Counted from the stretch's first letter, positions 25,557-38,530 are shown. The stretch is DNA of 64,000 bases from Veleropilina oligotropha (GCA_048128005.1 JBEUKZ010000119.1:124001-188000); one strand, 5' to 3'. Numbers and translations: made by a program. The notes: a model not told the origin generated them from the sequence alone.

Positions 25557-25907
25557 GCTTATGAGTTGTAGGCAAGATGGTGGCTTATGTGTTGTAGGCA
25601 AGATGGCGGCTTATGTGTTTATAGGCAAGATGGCGGCTTATGTGTTGTAGGCAAGATGGCGGCTTATGTGTTGTAGGCAAGATGGCGGCTTATGTGTTGT
25701 AGGCAAGATGGCGGCTTATGTGTTGTAGGCAAGATGGCGGCTTATGTGTTGTAGGCAAGATGGCGGCTTATGTGTTGTAGGCAAGATGGCGGTTTATGTG
25801 TTGTAGGCAAGATGGCAGCTTATGTGTTGTAAGCAAGATGGCGGCTTATGTGTTGTAGGCAAGATGGCGGCTTATGTGTTGTCGGCAAGATGGCGGCTTA
25901 TGTGTTG
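25557..25907. repeat. 26-bp minisatellite (about 13 copies) at the 5' end of a CR1-group LINE
   Basis: Unit GCTTATGTGTTGTAGGCAAGATGGCG; contains CAAGATGGCGGC, a YY1-type motif. Confidence 0.92.
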
Positions 25908-28575
25908 TCTTTTGTTTTTCGTCTCCTGTGTTTTTACCTATTTGCATGTTTTATCAACGGGCGGTGTCTTCCTACTGCACATACCAACTCTAAATCAACC
26001 AAAGGTATGCTTGACATAAGCTATACTCATAAACTGTACGCATTAGAAGCAATCTATCGTTTGGTTTTGAAATTTTCGAAATTCACGGGAAAGAAGAATC
26101 GCTCATGTAAACAAAGATGGCGGCCGCCCGCTCTCAAATCATGTCAAGGGTTTAAGCTACGGGAATCACTTGGTCACCTATTCCTACTCGCTCTACTATT
26201 ATTAATCATGATTGCGGGTGACATTATTCCACATCCTGGACCCATTACACATCCGTGTGGTGTTTGTAATAAAGCTGTTCGTAGTAACCAACAAGCGATC
26301 CAATGTGACGACTGTGACATATGTTCACATAGAAAATGCTCACTGACTTCTAAAGCGGAATATGTACGTCTCTCGAACTGTATAAACAAAAAATGGTCTT
26401 GTGGTGTATGCTCACTTCGCAAATTCAGTGAATCTTTCTTCGACTCTAGTGACAACAATGTCACAGCAAATGACGTGTCAAATCCAAATTTGTCATTTCC
26501 CCATGCTGGATTCCAACCACAAGACCTCGGAAAAATTAAAAAAGGACTACAAATAGCTCATTTAAACATCAGAAGTTTATTACCGAAACTCGACAACCTA
26601 AGAATTATTATGAAATCAGCAAATGTTCACATTTTGGCCATTATTGAATCTTGGCTTGATATGTCTATTGATTCTAAAGAGCTTTATATCGATGGCTATC
26701 AATTGTATCGAACCGACATAAATCGGCATGGGGGGCGGAGTGTGCATGTATGTACACGAGTCTCTTGATCACAACGTGGTGCCACACTACGAACTGGAAT
26801 CACACCATATTGAGGATATTTTTGTGTCTATCAACTTGCCGAACAGGTTACCCATTATAGTTGGTTGTGTCTACCGCCCTCCAGACTCGAAACCTGCATG
26901 TGTAAATAACTTGTCGACATTTCTTGAAGAACTACCAACCAAGTCGGAATTGATTTTAATCGGTGATTTTAACATTAACTTTATCGCACCTAGTTCTAAT
27001 AAACACTTTAAGTCATTTCTAACAACGTTCCAACTCGAACAACTGATTAAAGAGAATACAAGAGTCACAGCAAATAGCTCATCCCTCATCGTCTGGATCT
27101 GCGTGAACAGACCGGACAGAATTGCGTGAACAGACCGGACAGAATTGTGCAATCTGGCAGCATCGGTCTTGGTCTAAGCGATCACAACATGGTGTTCTGT
27201 ATACACAGAGTTGCCGTGCAATCATCTCCTCTTGGTCTAAGCGACCACATCATGGTGTTCTGTATACACAGAGTTACCGTGCAATCATCTCCTCTTGGTC
27301 TAAGCGACCACAACATGGTGTTCTGTATACACAGAGTTACCGTGCAATCATCTCCTCTTGGTCTAAGCGATCACAACATGGTGTTCTGTATACACAGAGT
27401 TACCGTGCAATCATCTCCTCTTGGTCTAAGCGATCACAACATGGTGTTCTGTATACACAGAGTTACCGTGCAATCATCTCCTCTTGGTCTAAGCGATCAC
27501 AACATGGTGTTCTGTATACACAGAGTTACCGTGCAATCATCTCCTCTTGGTCTAAGCGATCACAACATGGTGTTCTGTATACACAGAGTTACCGTGCAAT
27601 CATCTCCTCTTGGTCTAAGCGATCACAACATGGTGTTCTGTATACACAGAGTTACCATGCAATCATCTCCTCTTGGTCTAAGCGATCACAACATGGTGTT
27701 CTGTATACACAGAGTTGCCGTGCAATCATCTCCTCTTGGTCTAAGCGATCACATCATGGTGTTCTGTATACACAGAGTTACCGTGCAATCATCTCCTCTT
27801 GGTCTAAGCGATCACAACATTGTGTTCTGTATACACAGAGTTACCGTGCAATCATCTCCTCTTGGTCTAAGCGACCACAACATGGTGTTCTGTATACACA
27901 GAGTTACCGTGCAATCAATCATTTCCTCCAGTTCAAAGAACATTCAGAACATACAAGAAGTTCTCTGAATCAGACTTTCATAGAGACTTATTGAATATGT
28001 CATGGTTACATGTGCTTAATGAAATTAATGTTGATGTTGCTTGGTCAAATTTTATGAGTCATTCCTTAATGTTTGTAACAAACATGCTCCTCTTACGACT
28101 AGACTAGTTCGCGGTGCTCACCAACCGTGGGTGACACCAGACAATCTATCCCAGATATCTGATCGAGACAGATGTCTCCACAATGCGCAATTGAACAGTA
28201 ATCCTGACAACTGGAGCCTGTACAAGCGTTTGCGTAATAAGGTAACCTCGGTAATACGCAAATGTAAATCTGATTACTATCTACATCAAGTCGAAGATAA
28301 CAAATCCAATCCTAAGCGTATGTGGAAAATAATCAAACCACTGATGCCTGACAGCAAACCATCAAGCACAACAGTTCTAGAAATTGAAGGTGATAAGATA
28401 TCAGATAAAAAATGTATTGCTAACCAATTTAACGTGTTCTTTACAAACATTGGGGAAAAAGTTAGCGTCTGCATTTGACAATGTTCAGCCAGATATGCAA
28501 GCCTCAAACTTTGATATTCCCTCATTTGACTTTATTGAAATATCATTATCTCAGTAGTTCCAAATCCACTGGATA
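25908..28575 (+). mobile_element. CR1-group LINE 5' half: 2A-like motif, PHD finger and APE endonuclease; frameshifted and truncated before RT
   Basis: AGDIIPHPGP; CGVC..CDDC..H..C..CGVC; AHLNIRSL, IESWL, GCVYRPP, IGDFN, SDH; then KHAPL..PWVT..NPKRMWK..ANQFNVFF. Confidence 0.9.
27168..27917 (+). repeat. 63-bp in-frame minisatellite (12 copies) covering the endonuclease SDH motif
   Basis: Unit encodes LGLSDHNMVFCIHRVTVQSSP; preceded by a 23-bp duplication at about 27100-27146. Confidence 0.95.
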
Positions 28576-28956
28576 ATTCGTCGTCCGATTATGGAATCCG
28601 ACAGCGATGAAGATTATTAAAGTTTTACGTCAATTTCGTGACAGAAGGACAGTTTCTTGTTTTTTCGAGTTCAAGTCAAGTCAAGTAATCCGGATTTAAC
28701 ATCGGTATTTGGTTACAATAAGACAGCACAAGCCTTAGTAGGCTTTTACAACCGACAATTTCGATGTATATATCCATTTGGTGCTTTCTTGTTAGTTGTA
28801 AATTCATAAAGTTCATGTAGATCGAATTATTTGCATTCAGATTCATGTCAGCTCAAAATTTCCCACTCGATCGATAGCTGATGATGTGTTTGTAAATAAC
28901 GTTGCTATGGAAATATAACCCTTCGCTGCCTTGTATATCGCTACGCTCGATTTAAA

Positions 28957-30338
28957 CTGGGACTATTATAAGAGGGACTGGAAGCTCTGGCCAATTAGCC
29001 GAATCGCCGTCAATAATGTGGTACTCGCTATTGTTCTCGTGTTTAGCGCACTGCGCATGTGCGTAGTGGGATTTGGCTTTGTGACAAGACTATTTTATCC
29101 CCAATTAGGACCAATGCGGTAAATTATAACAGTTTGAATTCACAAAATACCTATTAAACACGAAATTCGATTAACACAACATATGATAACTATTTTACTT
29201 TTTAATCATTTTATTTTGTACGGTATTCAAACTAAATATATTGCATAATTATTTATTATAAATAAAATTCAATTCAAACAATTATTGAAAGCGATCTATG
29301 TTAATCGTTAAATAAATTGATTGGGCAATTAAAATATAAATAAGTTCTAATGAATTTATCTTTATTACTGAATCGGATCCATATAAATGACCCCAACTAC
29401 TTTTCTAATGGTTATCAAAACAAACGTTTATATTCAATAGAGACTATAAAGGTAGCCACTAATTGCATTTCATTCTATGTTTTGCTTTACATGTTGTTAT
29501 AATGTACAAGCGGTCAGTAATTTGTCTGCTCAATAACAATGGGGACAACTTAAAGTTGGCACTATAATGAAGTATTATTGGAACGGACCATGTTACCAGT
29601 TATACACCTTTGATAAGCTATTTTAAGACGTAAATAATTTAATTAAATCTTCGTTTTATTTCCATGTACAATAGCCGAGTCGATGTAATCGAGTGTAAAT
29701 TAGAAAAAAAGGTGAAAATATTCCATAATAAAATGCAACAAATAAAGAAGAGAGTCCATCACAAAATGAATATCAACGCTTGATATATTTAAGAAAATTG
29801 GTCGTTTTAAAATGCAAATATGTGCTATAAATCTTCGTTATATTTCAGTACGCAATAGATGAGTTCAAGCAATTGAATGCAAATAAAAAGATTGTGCAAA
29901 TATCAAAAAGTATAATGTAACAGCTGGCGAGGAGAAGAAGTTGCAAAATCGAGTACTTTGCACTGTGAAAATATTAACGCTGAACATATTCAGGAAATAT
30001 CGTCATTTTAAAATGCAATTATACGATATAAATCTTCGTCAAATTTCACTTCACAATAGAAGAGTCGAAGAAATAGGATATAAATAAAATGATGGGCAAG
30101 ATATTCAAAAGTAAACTGTAGCAGCTGACGAGGAGAAGAGGTTGCAAAATGTACTATTTTCCATTCGAAAGCTTTCTCATCGACGCCATTTCGATTCGAA
30201 AATAGTCTAGTCACAAAGCCAAAGCCCACTACGCACATGCGCAGTGCGCTAAACACGAGAACAATAGCGAGTACCACATTATTGAAGACGAGTCGGCTAA
30301 TTGGCCAGAGCTTCCAGTCCCTCTTATAATAGTCCCAG
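28957..30338. mobile_element. Non-autonomous DNA transposon with about 140-bp TIRs and 7-bp direct repeat
   Basis: CTGGGACTATTATAAGAGGGACTGG.. and its near-perfect inverse; ATTTAAA at 28950-28956 and 30339-30345; AT-rich interior with diverged subrepeats. Confidence 0.85.
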
Positions 30339-30536
30339 ATTTAAATTACCATTTAATAAAACTATTATTTATAATGTTAACAGTATACATTTGATAACTT
30401 ACCCATTTATATAATAAATAGAGCATTTAATGCTATGTCGGAAATATTAAATATATTTTGTCTTGTGAACTATATCCTAGCCGATTCACTCAAGGCCTCC
30501 GGCCTTTCGTGAATCCGCTAGGATATATTTCACTCA

Positions 30537-30946
30537 TTTTATAATCAGAAGCAGTCACAGTCGATAACGACGGCCTGCCTCTATTTATCTTGTCGGCATC
30601 CGCCATGGAAACCGATATAAACAAAACTCAGACAATGACGACCTAATAATGACCCGGTATAAATAGATGCGGAAGTGATTTAAGGCGGAGCTAAGGGACG
30701 TGTTGATTCCGCCAAGCCGTCGTTCATTTCCGTACAAATCTCGTGTACAATCGGCTCGAATTATGAGCGCACGCTCATAATTCAATAACAAAAATCAAAT
30801 ATTTATTACTAAGTGAAAAACAATTTTGCCGTGTGTGGTAATCGCTGAAACGTCCTAACTATATGCAATAAATCAATGCAGAAAGTGTAAGACAGAACAG
30901 AATTTAAATACGTTTTAGCGATCTGAAGTAGATCCTGCATCTTTAA
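30537..30946. repeat. Dispersed repeat; inverted, interrupted copy at about 56523-57285
   Basis: TTTTATAATCAGAAGCAGTCACAGTCGATAACG..GATCTGAAGTAGATC.TGCATCTTTAA is found as the reverse complement at 56.5-57.3 kb. Confidence 0.75.
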
Positions 30947-30989
30947 GAACTACAGGAAATGATATACGGGTAATTTTGAATCTGAAAAT

Positions 30990-33238
30990 GTGATTAAATG
31001 TTGATGTAGACTTGTCTAAACAGATGCGTTTTAAGTACAATTTTAAAATAATGTACTGATTGACAGTTCTTAACTAGAGATGGGAGGCTGTTCCATAAAA
31101 GAGGAGCAGACCTCCTAAAGCACCGATCACCGTACGTTGACGTCTTACTACATGGCACGTGGAGCAGACATTGGTCTTGTGAACGAAGTGTTCGTGATGG
31201 CTGATATGGCTGAATAAGGTCCGTAATGTATTGCGGCGCAATACCGTGAAGTGCCTTATAGGTGTATAAAAGTACTTTATACTCTGAGCGTTTGTTAACT
31301 GGCAACCAGTGTAACTCCTGAAGTATAGGACTAATGTGTTCAGTTCGCTTAGTCCGAGTGATGATACGTGCAGCCATGTTTTGAACACGCTGGAGCCGAC
31401 TTGTGAGGTTCTGAGGAATGCCATAGAGGAGAACATTGGCATAGTCAAGTCTTGATATCCAACGTTCGGCATGCGTCTTCTGTTATGTAACGACGAATAC
31501 GGCTAATATTCCTCAAATGATAATGAAATGTTTTCGTGATATACTTAACGTGTTTCTCCATGGTTAAGGTGCTGTCTAGTATTACTCCAAGATTTTTCAC
31601 GTATGGGTAGCAATTAACCGTACTGTAACCCACATCCACTCCAATATCGCGAAACTGCTCCTGGCGATGTTTGGAAGAAAACACAATCAACTCCGTTTTG
31701 CCATCGTTAACCTTAAGGAGATTAGAAGCCATCCACTCTTTAACTTCACGAACGCATGCATCAATTTTTATGATGGCGTTATCCTGATTGGTGACGTTTG
31801 GCTTGAAGGTAATGTAGATTTGCGTGTCGTCCGAGTAGCAGTGGTGGCGTAGTCCATACTTCTGGATAATGTTGCTTACAGGCCTGGTATACATGCAATA
31901 AGCTTTCGGTCCGAGGACGGATCCTTGCGGTACACCGAAAGTGAGCAGCTGATACATTGACGATGCGTCTGCCACCACCACACTCTGATACCTGCCCGCA
32001 AGATACGATCGGAACCACTGGAGTGCACAGCCAGTGATACCAAAACTATTTTCGAGACGATCCAATAAGATGGTATGGTCGATGGTATCGAACGCTGCAG
32101 ACATGTCTAACATTAAAAGCACGGCGACTGATCCTTTGTGGAGAGCGTCAGTGATATCAGCATGAACTTTAAGGACTGCAGTCTCTGTTGAGTGGTATAT
32201 CTTATAGGCCGATTGTAGCTCATCGTGTAGTCCATTGCTCCGCAGATGTTCATCAATACGGGATGATACCACTTTTTCTAAAATTTTAGAAACAAAGCAC
32301 AAATTGGACACTGGCCGGTAGTTCATGAGACTATCAATATCTAATCCAGCTTTCTTAAGAAGAGGACGGACGACGGCAGTCTTCATTGACGTTGGTACCG
32401 TTGATTCCGATAGTGATGCGTTTACTATAGCTACGATCATAGGCGCGATGACCTCAATTGATTCCTTGAGAAGCCACGTGGGGAGTGGATCAGACTCACA
32501 CGATGTATTTGGCGACTTGGCGATTAGCTTCATGATCTCATCCTCTGTGGTCAAGGCAAAGCAGTCAAGGCGAGTCCCGCTGTATTCACCGGCGTTTTCA
32601 ATGCTGTCTGTTTGTTGAAGGTCGTTCGATCCTGCCAAGGATGCTCGGATGTTCACAATCTTCGTCAAAAAATAGTCGTTAAAGCGTTCAGCCAGCTGCT
32701 GTGGGGACGTATGATTTGGGAGTTTAGCAACCGCTGATTCACCCATCAACGACTTGGTCAGTTTAAAAAGAGACTTTTTGTCACCTTCACTGACCTTCTT
32801 TGTATAGTACTGCTGCTTGGTGCCGGACAACATGATATTGACAATTTCACATTGTTCACGAAACAACTATAGATGTACATGAAATTTGGTCTTTCTCCAT
32901 ATTCGCTCCCGCTTACGACGTTCACGTTTAGCCGCTCTGATGTCGCCTGTGTACCACGGTGCATTAGGTCTCAATGTAATGGTTTTCTCCATGATAGGCG
33001 CATGTTTGTCAAACAATGTCCTTAATCCATCATTGTACGTGCGCATCAATTCACCCACGGGTTTGTCCAATGAGTGGAGTTCCTGTGTGCGACCAATATC
33101 CTTCGTGAAATCAGAAACATTAATTTCTCGAAGTCTGCGGAAAGACACTTTTTTCCGAAAAGTCTCTGGTTGCTTTATATTCGCCTTGAATACAACAGCA
33201 AGGTGGTCGCCGGATAGGGTGCTATGATCATCACATTG
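30990..33238 (-). mobile_element. L2-clade LINE, 5'-truncated, RT domain with one stop and one frameshift
   Basis: YRPVSNL..SKILEK, QSAY..HSTETA, LDMSAAFDTIDH, GVPQGSVLGP, YSDDTQIY; C-terminal AARIIT..HISPILQELHWLPV. Confidence 0.93.
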
Positions 33239-33239
33239 A

Positions 33240-33808
33240 TGTGCTTAATGAAATTAATGTTGATGTTGCTTGGTCAAAATTGTATGAGTCATTCCTTAAT
33301 GTTTGTAACAAACATGCTCCTCTTACGACTAGACTAGTTCGCGGTGCTCACCAACCGTGGGTGACACCAGACATTACATTCCAGATATCTGATCGGGACA
33401 GATGTCTCCACAATGTGCAATTGAACAGTAAACTGGAGCCTGTACAAGCGTTTGCGTAATAAGGTAACTTCTTTAATACGCAAATGTAAATCTGATTACT
33501 ATCTACATCAAGTCGAAGATAACAAATCCAATGCTACGCGTATGTGGCAAATAATCAAATCACTGATGCCTGACAACAAACCACCGACCACAACAGTTCT
33601 AGATATTGAAGGTGATATGATATCAGATAAAAAATGTATTGCTAACCAATTTAACGTGTTCTTTTCAAACATTGGGGAAAAGTTAGCTTCTGCATTTGGC
33701 AATGCAAGCCAGATATGCAACCCTCAAACTTTGATATTCCCTCATTTGACTTTATTGAAATACCATCTGAACCGGTACTAAAAGAGTTGCACTCTCTCAG
33801 TAGTTCCA
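33240..33808 (+). mobile_element. Direct duplicate of CR1-group LINE segment 28011-28562
   Basis: TGTGCTTAATGAAATTAATGTTGATG..CTCAGTAGTTCCA is shared, with scattered substitutions and two indels. Confidence 0.9.
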
Positions 33809-33859
33809 CAGGGCGACCAGACTATCCTCCCACGATAAATAATAAATAAATATCCTCCC

Positions 33860-34327
33860 ATAATAAAACAAAGATTAAATGATCAATTTCTGCAAAACTG
33901 GAATGAACGAATAAATAATAGCAGTAGAGGTCTATTTTATAGAAATGTCGCTAATTTCTCTTTTAAATCTTACTTTATCGATATTACGGTCACTAAATAT
34001 AGAATATCCATGACTCAGTTGCGAACATCATCCCATCGCCTAGAAATTGAAACTGGACGTTGGACCAGACCAAATAGAACACCAATTGAGAATCGGTTGT
34101 GTTCGTTTTGTGAAGTATTAGAGGACGAGTTACATTTTGTGTTAGAATGTCCCATGTATGCAGACTTACGCAAAAAATACATTTATAAACGTTTTTGGAA
34201 ACGACCAAGCATGTTAACATTTATAGACTTGATGGGTTCAGAAAATAGAGTAATTACAAGAAAGCTTGCAATGTATATACATAAGGCATTCGCGCAAAGA
34301 AAACTACAGTTATATGGTAACGATTAA
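33860..34327 (+). mobile_element. 3' end of a different non-LTR retrotransposon (C-terminal Cys/His domain)
   Basis: LRTSSHRLEIETGRW..RLCSFC..EDELHFVLECPMY.DLR. Confidence 0.8.
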
Positions 34328-35263
34328 ACACAGCATACACATGTAAGTAACATATTGCAAAAATATCTCCTCCCATAGTTAAAAGTTTTGTTTAGCATTT
34401 TGTACTAGAATATTAATGTTTCATGATTATTTTTTTCAAATCGAATGTAAGTTAATATGCATGTATCACATTAGTCACGTGTCTGTAAATGATGTTATGT
34501 ATATTTCTTTTGTATGTCTCTCTCTTTCTCTCAATGTCATTTTGTATATAATATAGCCCAAATGTTCACCCATATGTACATATTTAATATTATTTATAAC
34601 TTTACAGATATCAAAATTAGCGTCTTGATTGTCGTGGATTCCTTCACAATGTGATGCGATTACCGCCTGTCTGCTTTGTGGTTGCAATGGCGGTTTGGCC
34701 TTGCTTTAACGAATGTGGATTCGTAACTTTACTCGCTATGTTATCGTTATCAAGCTCATTGTAAAGAAAATTGGATTTACACACTTAGTCTCTTCGTCTA
34801 TAAATTCCCTTCTTTAATACCTAAACGGGTAATAACCAAAAAGTCATGAAATCAACATGTATATTTATTATTTGCATCTGCATAGTGGATTTGTACTTTA
34901 CTCAACGTTTTATCCATTTAACACTTAGATTGCTATTACTCAGATATTTTACACTGGAATCCACAAAGTAATGCCAACTTGTAGGATACCTGACACGCTT
35001 CCAAAATAGATAGAACAGCGTATTTATTTGAATTTAATCCCTGTGTTATGGATGCATTTGTGGATTTGTACTTTATGTAGATAAATATAAAGGCCCATGC
35101 CATGTAAAATGTCCGGACAAATTAATCCAAAGCATACATTTTTCATAATTCTAAACATGCTAGAATAAAATAAAATTCGCTGAGACAACGTACTTACATT
35201 ATTATAAAATATATTGGCTGAAATACCCCAAATTTCAAAATTGCTGCATTTTCGTGAGAATCA

Positions 35264-35387
<124 letters not shown>

Positions 35388-36649
35388 TTTATGAACCCTG
35401 GGATGTGGGCAGATTTATTGTTCCTGGACCCTCTGTGTAGGCAGAGAGTCTGATTATGGTCATATTTTAACTGCCCACTTTTACGGAATGTTATATGGGC
35501 TCCCGTCGCCTGATATCATTCAGAATTGCAAAAAATAAATCTGCCCATAACGCTCAGTGTTGGGATGTGGGCAGGAAAATACACCCAATAGATGGCGCCA
35601 CAAGCTACCGTCTGAGATTTAGTCGACAGCTGACCCAGGAGCAAGGTCATCGCGCATCCTTCCTAAATTTGATATATACCTGATGGCCGCATTATATATG
35701 GTGGTGCCGTATGATGGCATGGTATCATATATCCGCATATGACCTACTTAACTGCCGAGTCAAGCTGGATTGTTGCAGTACAGTTTTCAACTAGGATTCA
35801 ACTATTCCTTATTCTCACTAGAAGTCGATTTTAGACAACTGCCGGTACAATGTAATATTCCTTATGTTTTACTATAATTGTGTCCTATTTAAAATGAAGT
35901 ACTGTCGAAGATGCTTTGGTGATATAATAATTATACTGGTTTAAAATGACATGGGTCTACAATATGAGAGATACTTCAATCTTTGGTCAATTAGCAGAAG
36001 GAAATCGTAAATATATTATATGTAAATTATATCACCATTGTTCTAATGTTACTTCTGGCTACACAGCAAATTAACAAATTTAGAAATTGTAATTATAATA
36101 ATACATCTCTGTTTTCAAAGTATCAGGGTATACGTAATCTGGCCATTAATTATATGACAAATGAAATATTTATTTATCATCATATGGAATGAATTGATTT
36201 GTGGAATGAAAACTCTCAGCATCGATTAACCATTAATATAGTATTAATAAACTGCAATTTATTCAATGTGTAATACAAATGATTGAAATATTGTCGCAAA
36301 GGATATTTAATTGCATACAGATTGTTAGGAATTATACCCAATATTATAATATATTATGTAGTTAAATAGTCGTCAAATAATTATAGATATATTATGTATA
36401 ATATTAACTGCTGAACTTGCAATGTCTTATGATATTGAGAGTTGTAGACTTTTCCACCAGTGTTTTTCCCAGACTGACATTATTAGTTCTACAGTGTTGT
36501 GGCTGTATATTTATGAAATTAATTTCGAATTCCTACCAAAATACAGTGGTGAAGGCAATGAGTATTCATTTTAGAGCTAGTCTCCGTGGTCAGCTTACTA
36601 TAAAAACCAGCATATCGGAAAGCTGCTACTGTAACTAGTGGGATGGGAT

Positions 36650-37200
36650 CGAAGATTAAATGTTCTTGTATATTTTAAAACATTCGTGTTCAAACCAGAC
36701 ATGTCCATATTATCGCAGGATCGAGGAACCGAAAGTTGTCAAGCAAATAATATCAGTCGACATTCGAGACACGCGGCAGGCTACCGAAGCGGCCTATCGA
36801 AACTAGTAATACATTGGATTGGATCGATGGTTAATGTCCTTTATATTTACAACCGTCAGATATTTACAACCGTCCCATTATCGTGGGAGGATAGTCTGGT
36901 CGCCCTGTGGAAATACGCCATCTTCGGCCAGTCACTGGTATTAAGTCATAAAGATTGGATTGGATCGATGCTTAATATCCTGTATATTCACAACCATCAG
37001 GTTCAAAGCAGGACATGTGCATATTGTCGCGGGAGGAAAGCCTGTCGCCTGGGAAAGCCCGGCCAGTTACGGACAACTTTGATTCATAACTAAACAGATT
37101 TGTAATGCCAATGTCCCAACCGAGATTCTAACCCACTACTGTTTGTCAATCCAATAACTTCACAATCTGCAACCGAAATCACTCGACCGTCGGAGCGGCA
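36650..37200 (-). mobile_element. Cluster of three partial or complete copies of the tRNA-SINE family
   Basis: Three successive GGATCGA..AAT.T.CT..ATATT..CATATT.TCG.GG segments; the last carries a head (reverse complement TGCCGCTCCGACGGTCGAGTG..GGTTAGAATCTCGG). Confidence 0.6.
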
Positions 37201-37646
37201 TACAAATACATGTATATAATCAATGGTCAATATTGATTCATTATGTTTTATGTTTTAATGTTAAAATGTGGTCGTAAAACTAAACTGATTCAAATCAAAT
37301 CAAATTGTTTTATGTTATGAAATAGTAGTATCAAACTATTTAATATGCCAGTATGCTAATGTTTATAATACACATGCAACTGTGCTTTGGTTGTCAATGC
37401 TTTTAAAGATTCCAGTAGCTTTAGTTCTTTCAGAATTAGGTCACTATATTTACTAATTGGTTTGCCATGCAATCTTGTTGGTGAGACATCCGACCTGTTG
37501 GTGCTAGCTAGCCTTATGATTAATATCCACTAAGAGTAGTGTAATGTAAGTGTTTTTGCACCCAGAGAAGTGACATAGTTATCTCCCTTGCTATGTTAAA
37601 AACGCCATAGAAGAGCGTATGCAAATGAGCGCTACAGCGAGTTAGC

Positions 37647-38298
37647 TAGAATCATGCTCATAAGTCCCCTGCGCACTTCCGATTAGCGTCGTTCGAGAGG
37701 GACTGATAAAGGTACTATTAAAAGCTTGTGACCGATAGACGGCGCTGTGTTTACAAATGGTGACCACTGCCATGAAGGTATCTTCGCACGGTTCGTACCG
37801 AATTCGAGTTCATTAGATACAGAATAAATTGTGCTGTGTTACCCAAACTCATCTGACGATGTATTATTTACCATTTTGAATATTTTTGCTATTCCACATT
37901 TGATTAATAGCAGTGACTTACTATGTTGGGAAGGGTAGCCCATGTCCGTTTTCAAGTGACCTATATTTAGATACGATAACTTCAGTTTGACATATGATTG
38001 ATATAGGTCGGAATATGGACTATTTAAAACGCATAGAAGTCATGGCAGTACATATTTAGAAAGATTTGAGAATTAAACATCAGGAAACGCCCAAATATAA
38101 TTCATATAATCTATTTTTGACTTTATTTGACATCATATAATGATACTAGTGGGTGTGTCCTGATCGTCCAATCAAAAACTTTACCAGTTTTTCGGCAAGC
38201 CTCGTTTTGGCGTCACAAGTTTTTAATAGCACCTTTATCAGGCCCTCTCGGACGAGGTTTATCCGGATGTGCGCAGAGGCCTGATGCGCATGATGCTA
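37647..38298. mobile_element. MITE with TAG..CTA termini, about 85-bp TIRs and 9-bp TSD
   Basis: CGAGTTAGC at 37638-37646 and 38299-38307; sister copy at 51496-52151. Confidence 0.88.
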
Positions 38299-38530
38299 CG
38301 AGTTAGCCAGCATAGCCAAGCCGGCGGCAGTGATGTCCCCTAGGCCGCAAAAACGCAGCGGCGCTACTCGGAGCGTAGAGAAGCGTCGCGCACGCCGGTG
38401 CATCGGGGTGCGCCATCCGCCGCTCGGGGCCCGCCGTTCGGTGGATGCACGCGCGCGCGCGTGTTGCGTTGGTTTTTTGATTATATATATTTACACTTGA
38501 CGAATGAACCCCATTCCCAACGAACGCTCG

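Noticed and set aside
24060..27917. CRISPR-like regular repeats (53, 26 and 63 bp)
   Set aside because: Head-to-tail tandem units without spacers, each traceable to LINE sequence.
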